In this document: positions 11,862 through 24,100 of the stretch, piece by piece | Layout: every line of letters begins with the position of its first letter | How positions within the stretch are numbered: position 1 is the first letter of the stretch | Origin: Podarcis gaigeae | Taxonomy: Eukaryota | Reading direction: 5' to 3' (one strand) | Assembly: GCA_964106915.2 (NCBI GenBank) | Contig: OZ066914.1 | Length of the DNA: 64,000 nt | Translations under genes and position numbers: made by a program | The notes under the pieces: generated by a model | The model's database searches: none | What the model saw: only the letters and a program-made list of their open reading frames with translations | Told to the model about the DNA's origin: nothing

Positions 11862-13314
11862 TGGTGCTCCCCTCTCTTTTGGGCCAAGACCCCTACAGCA
11901 GTCTGGGAACCAATCGTTACATACAAGTGGAACGGTTGCTGAAGATTGGGCAGTGCTAAGACCGGGGCCCCGATCAGTGTCCTTTTTATTTCTTCCCATT
12001 TTAATCCATCCTCCTGTTCCCATGTTACCTTTTCGTCCCCAATGAGTTTTTGATTTAAAAATTGAACCAATTTTGCATATTGGTCTATCCACAATCTACA
12101 GTATCCCAGTAGTCCTAACATCCTCCTCACGTCTGTTTTATTTCTTGGGGGTTGCAATTCCAAAATTCCCTTAACTCTCTCTGGGTCTAGTTTTCTTGTT
12201 CCTCCCTCCAACAGATGCCCTAAATATTTTACTCTCTTTTGCACGAACTGCAGTTTTTCCTTTGACACTTTTACTCCTAATTTTCCCAACCAGTTCAATA
12301 ATCTTATAGAATCCTGCCTCACTTCTTTTTCTTTTTCTCCTATCAATAACAGATCATCCACATATTGCAACAGACGGTTATGGCTAGTGGGAACGAAGTC
12401 AGCCAGCTTCTCTCCTATTGCCTGTCCAAAGAGAAGTGGACTCTCCGTATACCCCTGGGGCAAGACTGTCCATCTGTACTGCTGTTTTCTGCCTGTCTTT
12501 GTATCTTCCCATTCAAAAGCAAACAAATCCCGACTCTCAATGTCCAAAGGACATGCCCAGAATGCATCCTTTAGATCTATTACTGTATACCATCGAGTGG
12601 AGGGGGGGGATACGGCTAAGGAGAGTATACGGGTTGGGTACCACTGGAAAACGGAACTACTATATTGTTTACATTTCTCAGATCTTCAACCATCCGATAT
12701 TTTCCGTCCTTTTTCTGTACCGCTAGGATGGGGGAATTAAAAGGTGACATGGTAGGTTCCAATAGTCCTTGTTTTAATAACCCATCCACCACTGGCTGCA
12801 GTCCCATTCTTCCCTTCCGGGTCATAGGGTACTGAGGGGTCCATGACTGGGTGATTCCTGGTTTTACTATGATCTTAATGGGGGCTATATCTAGTTTTCC
12901 CACCGTTCCACCACCTGTCCATACTATTGAATCTATTTGTCCTTCATCTTCCTCTCGTAAAAGATACATGGGGGTCCCTAAATCTAAGTCCATTAGTCGG
13001 AACCCCAATTCTACCATCAGATCTCTTCCCAACAAATTTATCCCTGATTCGGGTATAAACAATAATGACCCTTTCACTGATCGGTCTCCTCTTGTTATAG
13101 TGGTTTCCTCTAACTGTATAACTTCTTTCGCCTTACCGCTTACTCCCACCACTTTCAAATTTGACGTTGTCTTGCGTACCCCAGAAATGGGTGTACAAAC
13201 GGAAGACCGAGTTGCTCCTGAGTCTACCAGAAAGACCAATGATTTTCTAGAGGGCCCCACACATAAATTCACCAGTGGCTCATTCCGGGCCCTCCGGACT
13301 GAGCCGGAGGTTTC
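11862..13314 (-). pseudogene. pol: ERV pro-pol: protease plus reverse transcriptase, frameshifted, truncated before RNase H proper and integrase
   Basis: Protease FLVDSGA and NLLGRDL; RT motifs SPFNSPILAVQK, YRMVEDLR, IDLKDAF, LPQGY and YVDD. Two frame changes between ~12600 and ~12655, one in a G8 run. In frame with gag across the TAG at 13315-13317. Confidence 0.93.
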
Positions 13315-15058
13315 CTATTCGTATAAACTAAACAACTCTGCCACTCCAGTGTCCTCCTCCGTCTCCGGTTGTCTTTTCGTCTGACTCCCCCTTCCTACAT
13401 TGTTTTTCTCCTGAATTTGAGTCCTCGGAGTCCGGCATTCTCGGGCAAAATGGCCAGGTTTGTTACACCTATAGCAAATAACACCGGGGCCCTGAGAATA
13501 GTTCCCCCGTCCTCTTCCCCTTCCTCGATACCCTATATATCCCTGCCCTCTGGTGGACTCTTCTTTAAATTGTTTTGGATTTTCCCACGCTTTCTGCAAC
13601 GTGGCTGCCATCATTTGACATTTCTGCTTGTTTTTGACTGCCTCTCGGTTTACATAAACCTGTTGGGCAGTTCTCACTAGTTCTATGATGGCAGCATCCT
13701 GCCAATTCATTTTTTGAAGTTTCTTTTGAATATCTGGCCACGCCTTTGTGACAAACTGCATTTTTAAAAGATTATCAAATGCCGCCGAATCCGGCGCCAC
13801 CCCCGAATATTTAGTCAAGTGGTCTCTGATTCTCTGTATAAAATCGCCAGGCGATTCCTCTTTCTGTTGGTTGACCTCAAACGCTTTAGTTAGGTTCGTG
13901 CTTTGAGGTACAGCTCTTTTAATTCCTTCTAAGATCATTTCTTTCAAGTCCTTCATGTGGGTCTGATGGGTGTCATCATTAATATCCCAATTAGGGTCGG
14001 CTATTGGATACTTTACATCCGCCGCGACCGCTCCCTGTTGTGCCTGTTGTCGGGTGTCCCAATAGTTCATAGCCGCCCTCCTGATCATGGCTTTTTCCTC
14101 CGGGGTAAACAAATGTCCCAGAATGTACATCAGTTCTGTGTATGTATATAGGTGTGGCCCCATCCACATTTGCAGGAGGTTAGCGACCTCCTGACTATTC
14201 TCATGTAATTTTGGCAGAGTCTGTTTTAGTTCTCTAAGTTCTGATGGCTTAATGGGACTGACCACATATACCATGACTGGCTGTCCGTTAGCATTGATAC
14301 CTCCTGGTGTTTCTCTAAGTGGATAACTCTGGACCGGAGAATCACTATTGACTCCAAATCTAGCGGGACTAAATGGTAAGTTTTCTACGTCCCTCTTTAG
14401 TTGGACTAGTTCTCTTTGTAGCCTAGGATAGGGAGGCGGAGCGGATGGGGTACTGAACTCGCCTGTTGATCCTCCCTCCCCTTCCCTACCTAAAACTTTG
14501 GTCTCTATTTCTCTCCCTTGTCCCTGACTTCTAACCGGTGCATCTAATGGTATGTAGGGGAGGAGCATCGGTGTGCCAGGTGTTACTGAGGGAGGTTGAA
14601 CCAAAGGGAGGGGGATCCGTGTGCTCGGTACGACCGGGGGAGGTTGAACCGAGGGAACCGGTTTCTGTTCATTCTCCGACTCGTCCTCCTTAGTCCTCAC
14701 AGGGAGTTGCTTAAGAGGTGGGGGGGTCCGGTCCAAAAAACCAGACGTGAAACCACACTTCCAAATAAGGCTTCTCCCTGTTCCTCTTATTTTCTATAAG
14801 GTACTTTTTCAATTGTGTCATCCAATACCTTTCAGTCTCCCCCTCAGGGTTCCAGTTGTACATTTTGTCCGACCCTATAGGGTATTTTAGCCAAATCACC
14901 CTACAGAAGTTAATCATAGTCACTTTTGACAAACCAACTGTATATTGTCTCATATAATCCTCATTCCATTGTATTAATACTTGTCCTAATGGACTATTAG
15001 GGTCTATAGGACCCTTCACATTTATCTCCTTCTGTCTCTTACTTTGACCCTTACCCAT
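13315..15058 (-). pseudogene. gag: ERV gag (MA, proline-rich region, CA, NC) with one frameshift near 14720-14740
   Basis: Myristoylation start MGKGQS, late-domain cluster PSAPPPYPRL, MHR-like QQKEESPGDFIQRI, single zinc knuckle CYRCNKPGHFAREC, amber stop. Confidence 0.92.
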
Positions 15059-15269
15059 GGTTTACAATGTCTCCAATTTCACTCTCTATCACAATCACAC
15101 GGAATCGCCTGGCCGCTTCCCTCGCGGGATAGACGGAACCGCAAGCTAATCCTCTCGTCAGGGCAGAGCCCTGATCCACACTCACGGGTCCGTATGGAAC
15201 CTCTCTTTCACTCAAGAGACGAGTCTCTCACCCCCTCCCCGTAACACAGTCTACAAAATTCTCATGTCT

Positions 15270-15277
15270 ACTCACCC
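15270..15277 (-). promoter_or_regulatory. Candidate major splice donor in the ERV leader
   Basis: Minus-strand GG|GTGAGT between the PBS and the gag ATG, the usual position of the env donor. Confidence 0.5.
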
Positions 15278-15501
15278 AATACAGTCCAGCGCCGCTTCTC
15301 GTGACTAGTGAACAGGCGGGCGTCCCCGCTGGGCTCTCGCGGTCCCTGACCGCTAATAATCGAGACTGTCTCTCCCACCTATATTGAGTCCTGTCTTAGC
15401 CCTTGTGGATCACTATGAACAAATCCCGGCCCCGAGCCACTCCGAAAAGATGGAGGGGCGCCTGCCCGGGGTCTGAGTATCGCTCAAGCCACCCGTCAAG
15501 G

Positions 15502-15519
15502 GCCCCACGTTGGGCGCCA
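15502..15519 (-). other. ERV primer binding site, tRNA-Lys1,2
   Basis: Minus-strand TGGCGCCCAACGTGGGGC (18 nt), 4 nt downstream of the 5' LTR. Confidence 0.92.
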
Positions 15520-15523
15520 GAAT

Positions 15524-15895
15524 TGTGAGAAGTCGTTCGTGGAAACAAACAGACAAAGGACTTCAATATAAGGTTAACCCTTTTATTAGTCGCGTTTGCA
15601 AAGGCGGACCCTCCGTACCCGTGGATACGAAGAGCCCCGTTCAGGCGTAGGCGCAGCAGTTTTATCCCTACAGCTGCCGCCCCTCTCTCAGAGGCTTGGC
15701 TTACAATCTACTTATCAAAGTTCAACACATTTCTAATACATTGTCCACTCTACACTAACCACTTCATCTATTATCAGATATGGGCCTACGCCCCTTGGAT
15801 TTCTTTATCCTGTGTACGCAGCTCATGGGGACTTTCCAGACTGAGTTTGAGGCACACCCTCGCTTGTAATTTTTCCTTTATTTCTTAATCTCACA
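15524..15895 (-). repeat. ERV 5' LTR
   Basis: Identical to 10476-10847 except A15718 versus G10670; adjacent to the PBS. Confidence 0.97.
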
Positions 15896-17485
15896 ATGTG
15901 GTGGGCTGGACTATATTTTGGAAAAAAATAATGAACGAATTCCTATGCCCCACAAATAACCCAGAGATGCATTTTAAGTAAAAGCACACATTCTGCTCAT
16001 GTAAAAACACCAGGCAGGCCCCACAAATAACCCAGAGATGCAATTTAAATAAAAGGACACATTCTGCTCATGTAAAAATATGCTGATTCCTGGACCATCC
16101 ACAAACTGGATTGAGAAGGTGATTGGGCCGCATCCGGCCCCCGGGCCTTACGTTGCCTACCCCTGGTCTAGGGGATCACAGTCTTTACTGTTTATGCAAT
16201 CCCAGGGAGCTAGCAGAAAATGGAGGCAGCCAACACTGGACCACCATAAATGGATAATGAGTAAATCAGAATGAACAAGGATGAGTGTTGTGTGTTTTGT
16301 TACCTTTTGATAGATAGCCAAACAAACTAAGGGTGATTTTTCAGAGTCAAATAAGAGATTTTCATTGTTCTTTGTATAAAAAAATGAAAAAGCAGAAGCA
16401 TTTTTTGTTTTGTGTTCAGATTTTTTTAATTGCAGTATTCGTCTTAAAAAAAAAATGTCATCCCTATTCGTACTGCAGTTGAAACTACCATTTCAATTCC
16501 ATTTATATACTGTGGACAGATAATAATCAACACAGTATGCTTCCAATTACACATAAATGAATAGAAACTGTGGTTCTTGTTGTGACAGAAATGATATTCT
16601 TGCATAATATCTTGTATGATATTCACAGAGGTGAATTGTTTGCAGGAATGCTCATAATTTCAGCATGGAAATAATACTATCGTACCCATTTTTTGTGGAG
16701 GGGGCTTGCCTTGATAAGTAATCTTCCTCTGTTCTCCTGGGCACTCCTCTGGAATAAAAATAGGCCAGGGATTTTATAGTTCTTATCCACGTATCTTAGT
16801 CTAGTTGAATTGTGACCCTCTCTTATGCCTATTTAGACCTCTGGCTACATTTATTCTTCCCCTGCTGCTTCCTATTAAATAAGTTAAAACAAATACTCAT
16901 CAGATTGACTAGCACAATGTTAAAATATTTTTGTTTCTATATAACCTTACTTATTTGGACTCCCCATGATCTTAGATCTCATGTATTACTGTCAAACCAG
17001 GTGTCACCCATCCTTTATTTGTGAATCTGTTTTCCCCAACCTAAAGGCAGAGCCCACCACTAGTGAATGGCTGAGAAATTATATCTTGATCATGGATGCT
17101 TTTTTATATCCCCAAAGGTATTTGCTGCTGCTTTTATTTCTTTGTTCAAGTCTTGTATGCAGGTGTTAAACTGTAGTGGGCCCAGGACAGAACCCCATAG
17201 CTAAGAAACTAGGATGTGCAAGGAGGTTCAGAGCTAAGTAGGAATTTGCATCTGAGGTCCCTACACCCAGAGCCAGCAGTGTATGTGTGTAGTTCCAGAG
17301 TGGAATAGTATGTGTGAGGCATGAACAGTTGAGGCAAAACCTAGCTCCATATTTTAATTTTAACAGATAACCATCCTAGATAAGTATTGTACTGAGAGAT
17401 GCTTTGTTTCTTCACTGTTTCTTGATCTGTTTGCCATTTCTTTTGAATGCTGATCATACTTGAAAATGATACCCATTTTGTATTA

Positions 17486-18197
17486 CAGAGGTACCTCTGG
17501 TTATGTACTTAATTTGTTCCAGAGGTCCGTCCTTAGCCTGAAACTGTTCTTAACCTGAAGCACAACTTTAGCTAATGGGGCCTGCCCATAGCTGTCAACT
17601 TACAGATTTGAAAATAAGGAACCAACAGCCTTGAAAATAAGGGACCAGCAGCCAAAATAAGGGATTTTAGTCAACCAGCAGCCAAATGAAGCCTCAAGCG
17701 GTGGTTCCCACAGCCTAGCAACCCGGCAAAGGGGGTGCAGCAAGGAAAACCACCTTCACCTCTCCACTGGGAAGCACTGAGTAAAGGCAAGTCCCCAGGC
17801 AACGCAGCTGATTTGATCGGCACAAGGCATGCAAGCTCCACCCCCCAGTCGTTCTTAGACTCCTTATTTGGTGAGCAACGCAGCCAAGCAACACAGCTGG
17901 AGCCTCCCTCCTCCCTGGCCGTCAGGCAGGGAGGGAAAGGAGCTGCTTCCTTTGAAACCCAGGAAATTTAAGGGACATCATCAATCCGGGACAGCAGCAG
18001 GAAATGGCGCTGGGAAAAGGGAGTTTCCTGCCAAATAAGGGACGGTTGACAGCTATGGGCCTGCTGCGCCACCACCACGTGATTTCTGTTCTCATCCTGA
18101 AGCAAAGTTCTTAACCTGAGGTACTATTTCTGGGTTAGCGGAGTCTGTAACCTGAAGCGTATGTAACCTGAAGCGTATGTAACCCGAGGTACCACTG
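17486..18197. mobile_element. Tc1/mariner (Tigger/pogo-like) MITE interrupted by a nested hAT-type MITE
   Basis: TA-flanked TIRs CAG(A/T)GGTACCTC; colinear with the uninterrupted copy at 37190-37420. Confidence 0.85.
17587..18057. mobile_element. hAT-type non-autonomous DNA transposon, nested
   Basis: 13-bp TIRs CATAGCTGTCAAC/GTTGACAGCTATG, 8-bp TSD GGCCTGCC/GGCCTGCT, repeated subterminal AAATAAGGGA motifs. Confidence 0.85.
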
Positions 18198-21100
18198 TAT
18201 GTTGTCAGATCATAACCAGGATAGGCAATGGCAAGGCATGTGAGAAGAATTAAGATGAGCTTCTTGCTACTGATGAGAGTGTGAAGAGGAACAAAACCAA
18301 TCAGGTTATGATCTGTGGAAAAGATAGAGCTTGCAGCATTTTAATAAGACTGTAATTGCCCAGGATTCTTAGATTTCACCATGGACGTTTCACTTGCTGA
18401 CCAACATTTATTTTATAGTTCATCTGTTCTGGGCAATTTGGTTTTCATTTTTAGAATTGCAAAAGTTAACATTTTTGTGTCCCTGAATATGTGGAATGCA
18501 ACATCAAACTTCTAATGCCTATATGTTAAATTGAAATAAATGAGGCTTACCTTCAGATAATGAGTTTAGGATAAATATGCTGAAGTTGGTCTCAGTCCAG
18601 GGCCCATCTTCTCTTTCCTTAAAAACAACAACTTGATATGGCGGTTTTCCAAGATACTTTCTCTATCTTTGAAGGGATTTTTCTGCCTGCTTTGTCAGTT
18701 TTGGGGCTGCCTTTCATTTTCCCCATAGTTATTAGTCATGCCATTTTAGATGGCTTAGTAAGCAACTCTCATAACATAAAATGTTTTAGACTTGTATCAG
18801 GATAATGCTATAGAAACTGCTAAATATTCTGTTCCTGTCCAAAAATGTTCCCATGAGTTATTGCCAGTGAAACATGCGGCTCCTACAAAGCAATTGTTTG
18901 GTTGTTTTCCTACTTTGTTGCTTGTCAAAATAGGGCTGTATATGTCTTATCAGTTCAGCCACAGACATATGGCAACAACAAGGTGTGAAAGCCATGAATT
19001 TTTTGATACGCATTGCAAGCACGATGTGTTTGCTAAAGCAATAGAAAATCCAGCGTTTCTATTTGCTGTGATGCTGGCATAGTGATAAGAGAGCTTCATT
19101 AAGATTTGATTATTTGCAACAGCAGTGGTATAGCCATCCTCTGCCTTGCTAATCCTCCAAGTTCTACTTGAGGGATCCCTTCATTTGGCATGGATTTATT
19201 TTGGGGGGCGGGGGCGGGGAGCAACCTATGAAATTGGTTTCTGATTTAGAGCCCCATTTATGCCCTTCTCATGATTTTGATTCTGTTATAATTATTTCAT
19301 TGACTTTGACTGTAAAAATCAAAAGGTTAGTCAGAAACATACATCTGTTGTCTCCTAAATTTTCATTGCATACTTCAAATACTGTTCTTTTGAGCACCAG
19401 TGGATTTATGCTGATAGTGCCAAGTTAGGTAAATGTTCCTGGTCTTTTCCAGTCACAAATATATATTGTTATATTTTGACAATACTGAATTATAGCAGTG
19501 AACCTTTTATTATTTAATGGCTTTTAATTTTTCCTGGACATTTGGCTTAATACATAGGCTTGAATCTTAACTAGTTATCCTTGAATGGAAAACCATGTTA
19601 TTTCATGGAGGAAACTGGGAATTGATGGGGCTTCTGCAGGAGTACAAGGGTGGGACAACTCTTTGTCCCAATCTCCCCTTCTCCCTGCAGCTGCTTGCTC
19701 TGTTTCTCATCCTTCTCTGGAGGATCCCCCAACCCTTTCTCACTTCCATTGTTGGGAATGTCATGTGTGAGGAACCCCACAGATGTTTCTAACTTAGTTA
19801 AGAGCTTAGCACCAGAACTAAAGGTTTCCAATTGCCTCATGAACCGTGTCAAAAGCCCTCTGCATAGGAAAAAAGAAAACTTTCCCGTCTTTCAACTTAA
19901 ATTTGTCATCAGTTGCTAAATGGATGAAGAACAGGGAGAGATATGAAGGACAACAAAACCCTTTATGCTGTGGACAGCGCTAAAAATTCACCAGGTGCTA
20001 GGCACATTTTGCACTTGGTTATTGGCCACTTGTGACCAAGTGAAGGTGCCAGGATGGCACCTGACATCTCCACCATCTGAAGGTACGTGCCTGGGGATCC
20101 TTGGGTCTTGCCTGTTTTCACACACTAACATATTCTCACACACTGACACATCCTGTTGAATTCTATCTGTGATATTTTATCTGCACAATCAGAATGAATT
20201 TCAGGAACCAAAAATTTTGGGCTGTTTGGCCCAAAAAGGGCAACTAGGCATTTCATTTTGGCAACACTAGTTTAATAAGCCATTTGGCGTCTAGCTTGAA
20301 TATCTGAATTTCTAGCACTGGCTGTGGAGAATACCTATTTTGTGAGAAATATTAAAATAAGCAAAACATGGAAACAACAAATACTTTCTCATATTGTCAA
20401 CTCTATTGTACTTTTGGTGTTCATTATTAGGCATCATTCATTTTTTAAAAATAATTTTATTTATAGTTTTCATTTGTATGAATTTCATTTAAAAAAAATT
20501 TACAACATTTCAAACAATTTGACTACCTGATCACTCTTTTTTATATTTAAAAGAAGAAAGAGTGAAATGTAACAAGGTTTGCCATATGTAAGCTATATAA
20601 AATTGTGGGTGATAAATGTCTATAGTGCTGCTATATAGTGGACATTTAGTCCTGGAGGCCATCTGGCTGAAGATATTTCTACCTCTCAAACCATTCTTAA
20701 ACCCATGAAAAATCATTGTATTGTCATGTGCTAGATAAGCTGACACATGCTTCTGGTGCTATGCTGGTTTTTAAAGCACAGTGGTCATTCTAAAAGTAAG
20801 TGCCTAAAGGTTATATGTGTTGATAACAGACAGAACAGAATCTGAGAGGAGGAGCAGGAAATCTTAATTTTTCCTGATGAATAAAGCCTGAAAAAAACCC
20901 TAAGGATGTAGCTTAGTTCACAGTTCATGTCTTTCCCCCATTACTAGAATCAACATTGAAAGAGAATTAGGGGTGGGTAGAGGCATGTAAGTCGAGATCA
21001 ATATAAAATTTCCCAGCCATTCAGTAGGGGGCGGGGTGTGGTGGTCTTGGTGCAACAACAGGAAGTGTGTATCCTAGAGCTCTGATATCAAGGGGTATGT

Positions 21101-24100
21101 AAATTTACTATGTCTGTTGGACCCGGCTCCTGTAAAGTCAGGGAACCAAAGCAGGAAACAGCAGCAAGCTAAGTCTTTTCGTTGCTTGGTGCAAAAGTGC
21201 AAATCTGACTCATTTAGAGTTTATCATACTGCATGTTCTGCCTGGCCCATTGATGATCAAGAGGTGATTTTGCCGTTCCGGTTACTTATTGTTAGTGATG
21301 TTGCTGGAATTTATAATTACTTGGTGTATGAATTTGTGCAGCTCTTCATGCTCAGCTGCCTCATGAATTTGGCATCATTTCCTCCAAGTTCTGCTTTAGC
21401 TCAAAATGTAAATAAGATTCTGATCAGGAAACAAGAAAAAGAAAGTCAGCTGGTGCATATAGTATGTATACTGTGTATGTTGAAGTTATTTATTATTAAC
21501 CCTTTGTTCTCAAGGAGTGTGATGTTGATTGTTGTGAAAACACATGAATCAGCATCCTAAATATTCTATATTATATTCTCTAGTTACAGGATCTACATGT
21601 GGATTATATACTTGCAGGGAGAGAGTGAGCGGAGAATGATAAAAAGCTTTCTCTATATTTTTAAAAATGTTTGCCTAAGCTTACCGTTTTGACTTAAGGT
21701 TTCTAATATACTATAGAAAATAAATTCTTAGCCCTTGGCAGAGCTTGCCAGGTTATTACTTTTGCCAGCTGTTCTCGGAACCACGGTAAACTATCAGGTT
21801 TAAAGGCAAGAATTGCAGCTTGCTACTTCCCTTTCATGTGTCAGTAGAGAGTAACAATCTGAAGATTTCCCCCCTCCCCATAGTTATCTGGCTACTTTTT
21901 TAAAAACAGGATTTAATTGTAGAAATAATGAAATACATTTATCAGCTCATATCTGCTGAGTTAAATGCAAACACTGCCTTTTGTTTTCTTGGGGGGAAAT
22001 GCAAATAATGCCACTGATAATTTAAATTTTCCATAAAAGCAGCAAGATTGAACTTTAAACTAAACTAAAACTAAACTAAAACACCCCATTCTCAACAAAA
22101 TGAATCTGTAGAAAATCAGTATCAACTGCTTGCCAAGAATTCAACACTACAGAATTTTTTATTTATTTATATGTTTATTGAATTTATATACTGCTTTATA
22201 CCTGGAGGGCTCAGGGCCGTTGAGAGGTACTGAGGTGCAGCCCTTTGTCATAATTGTATATATGTTCAGTAACTGAGACTTCTAAACACACCAGTTTGAC
22301 AGAGAAATAGAGGCCCTTATCTCTGGTTTAGTATCAGAGTTTCCTTCTCCTAGATGGGCTACCTTCGCAGGTTGGTGAGCTCCCATCTTTCCCCTATTGC
22401 ATGTTGACAGCTTCTAGGAGCCACAGTTGAGAGCTGAGTGCAGGGTGGGAACCAAAGGTGGGCAAACTATCCCAGGAGGTGCATGACATATCCCCCAGCA
22501 GAGGTACTACCCCTCCCCTAACACCCCATGCACCCCACTAATGATGTCTTTTATATTTAAAACAAGATTAAAATCAATTTAAAATTGGCCATTACCCATT
22601 TACAATTGAGTAAAGGTTGCTTATGGATTTTAATTGCTTGGAATGCAAACTTTGTGATTGATTCAGTTCCATAAGAATGCCACTTACTGTACCACTCTAC
22701 AGACCTTTGTGGGAAGGGGCAAAGGACAAAGGGCAAAGGGGTGTGAGAGGAGAGGGGAGAAGAGGGGCAAGAAGGGGAGGGCTTGGCCCTGACACTTTTT
22801 CCTAGCTTCATAAACCGTAATATTCTGAACCAGGGTAGTCTGTCTCTGTATGTGGGAGATTCCGTTTAGTCTATAATTACTGAACTGCTCCCCTGAATAG
22901 ATGATATTGTGTTAAATGATGCAAGATTTTGCTTGGGTAACAGACACTTTCTCACTTTTCTTTCTTTTTGATTGGAATGAGGATACTTTTAGTCAGATTT
23001 TTTTTAAAAATACTGAAACTTCTTGTCCCAAGTGGATTTCCAAATTGATGTGACAATGAGTTCAAAACAATGGATCTTTTGTCTTTTATTATAATTGGTA
23101 CATGAAAATTTTATGGGTGAAGCAATTCATATAAGAACAGTAGCAGTGATTTTACAAACTATGTTGTCAACAGCATATTGCAATTTTCTTTTTTAAAAAA
23201 TTGTCAGAATATTATAATGAAATGTATTTATTATGAATTATGTAAACATTTCTTTTAGATTCCAGTATTTCTTTCATTTGTCAAAAGTGTCCCTTAGGAG
23301 AAGTGTACCTTGAAATGTGCGCAGATGCTGGATCTTTAAACTCTGACAAATTTATAAAGTTGGGTTTTTATAGCCATTCACTGGTTCCCTGCCCCCTTTC
23401 TGCAATCTTTCTTAAAGCCATCTTGCCGCCTCACATTCTGAGCATGTTACGATTCTGATTCCGGCACGCCACTTATTAACACACATTCTGCTTGCTGGTA
23501 GATGGCCTCACTGCCAAATGCTGAAATCCCTGGGTGAGAGGGACCAGGATTTCACCCTGAAATAGCACGTGACAACTGAAAGATCCAGAAAGCATTCTTT
23601 GTTCATGATATACACCCCTTTGCAATAACGAAGGCAGTGTTGTACTCCGAGGTACCTAAAACACAAATTGAAGAGGCTTCTTTAGCTCCAGCATCACAAA
23701 CAAGCTTAATAGGGTCCCACCCTTCAAAGCTGTCAAAAACCAAAATACCAAGCATGTAGGGACTTACCCCATTGCTGAAGGGCTGCTGTTCAAATGCACG
23801 TCTGGGAGTAGTGGTGCAGCAGTATCGATGGCTGCTTCTGTATCGGGGCTGGGACTAGAATGAAATGCATGCATCTTTCTGATGTTTCCTCAGATAAGTT
23901 GTGTCTTAATTGTTCTTAGCACTCCAAACCATGTTTAGTGTGGCAGGTGAATACAGCACAAAGGATTTGCCAACCATTTTGTAAGCTCAACTTTCTCTAG
24001 TACTCCTATACTCCTATACTACGGATGCTTGAGCAGTGGTTCTGGGAAGCTGCTGATCTAGAAGGAAACTTCCCTTGTCCTGGACAAGTGGCTTAAGAAG

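Larger units (their letters stand above)
10476..15895 (-). mobile_element. Class I (gamma-like) endogenous retrovirus, 5420 bp, young and internally deleted
   Basis: Two 372-bp TG...CA LTRs with one mismatch, 4-bp TSD ATGT (10472-10475, 15896-15899), PBS, PPT, and gag-pro-RT-env order on the minus strand. Confidence 0.97.
10420..16165 (+). mobile_element. Non-autonomous hAT (Charlie-like) MITE split by the ERV insertion
   Basis: CAGGG...CCCTG termini; 8-bp TSD GTCTAAGG/GTCTAGGG. The halves (10420-10475, 15896-16165) join to match the intact copy at 29217-29469. Confidence 0.85.

Noticed and set aside
14711-14745. ERV gag frame change as programmed ribosomal frameshifting
   Set aside because: It sits between MA and the proline-rich region next to T6 and G7 runs with no canonical slippery heptamer plus structure; more likely an indel or assembly error.
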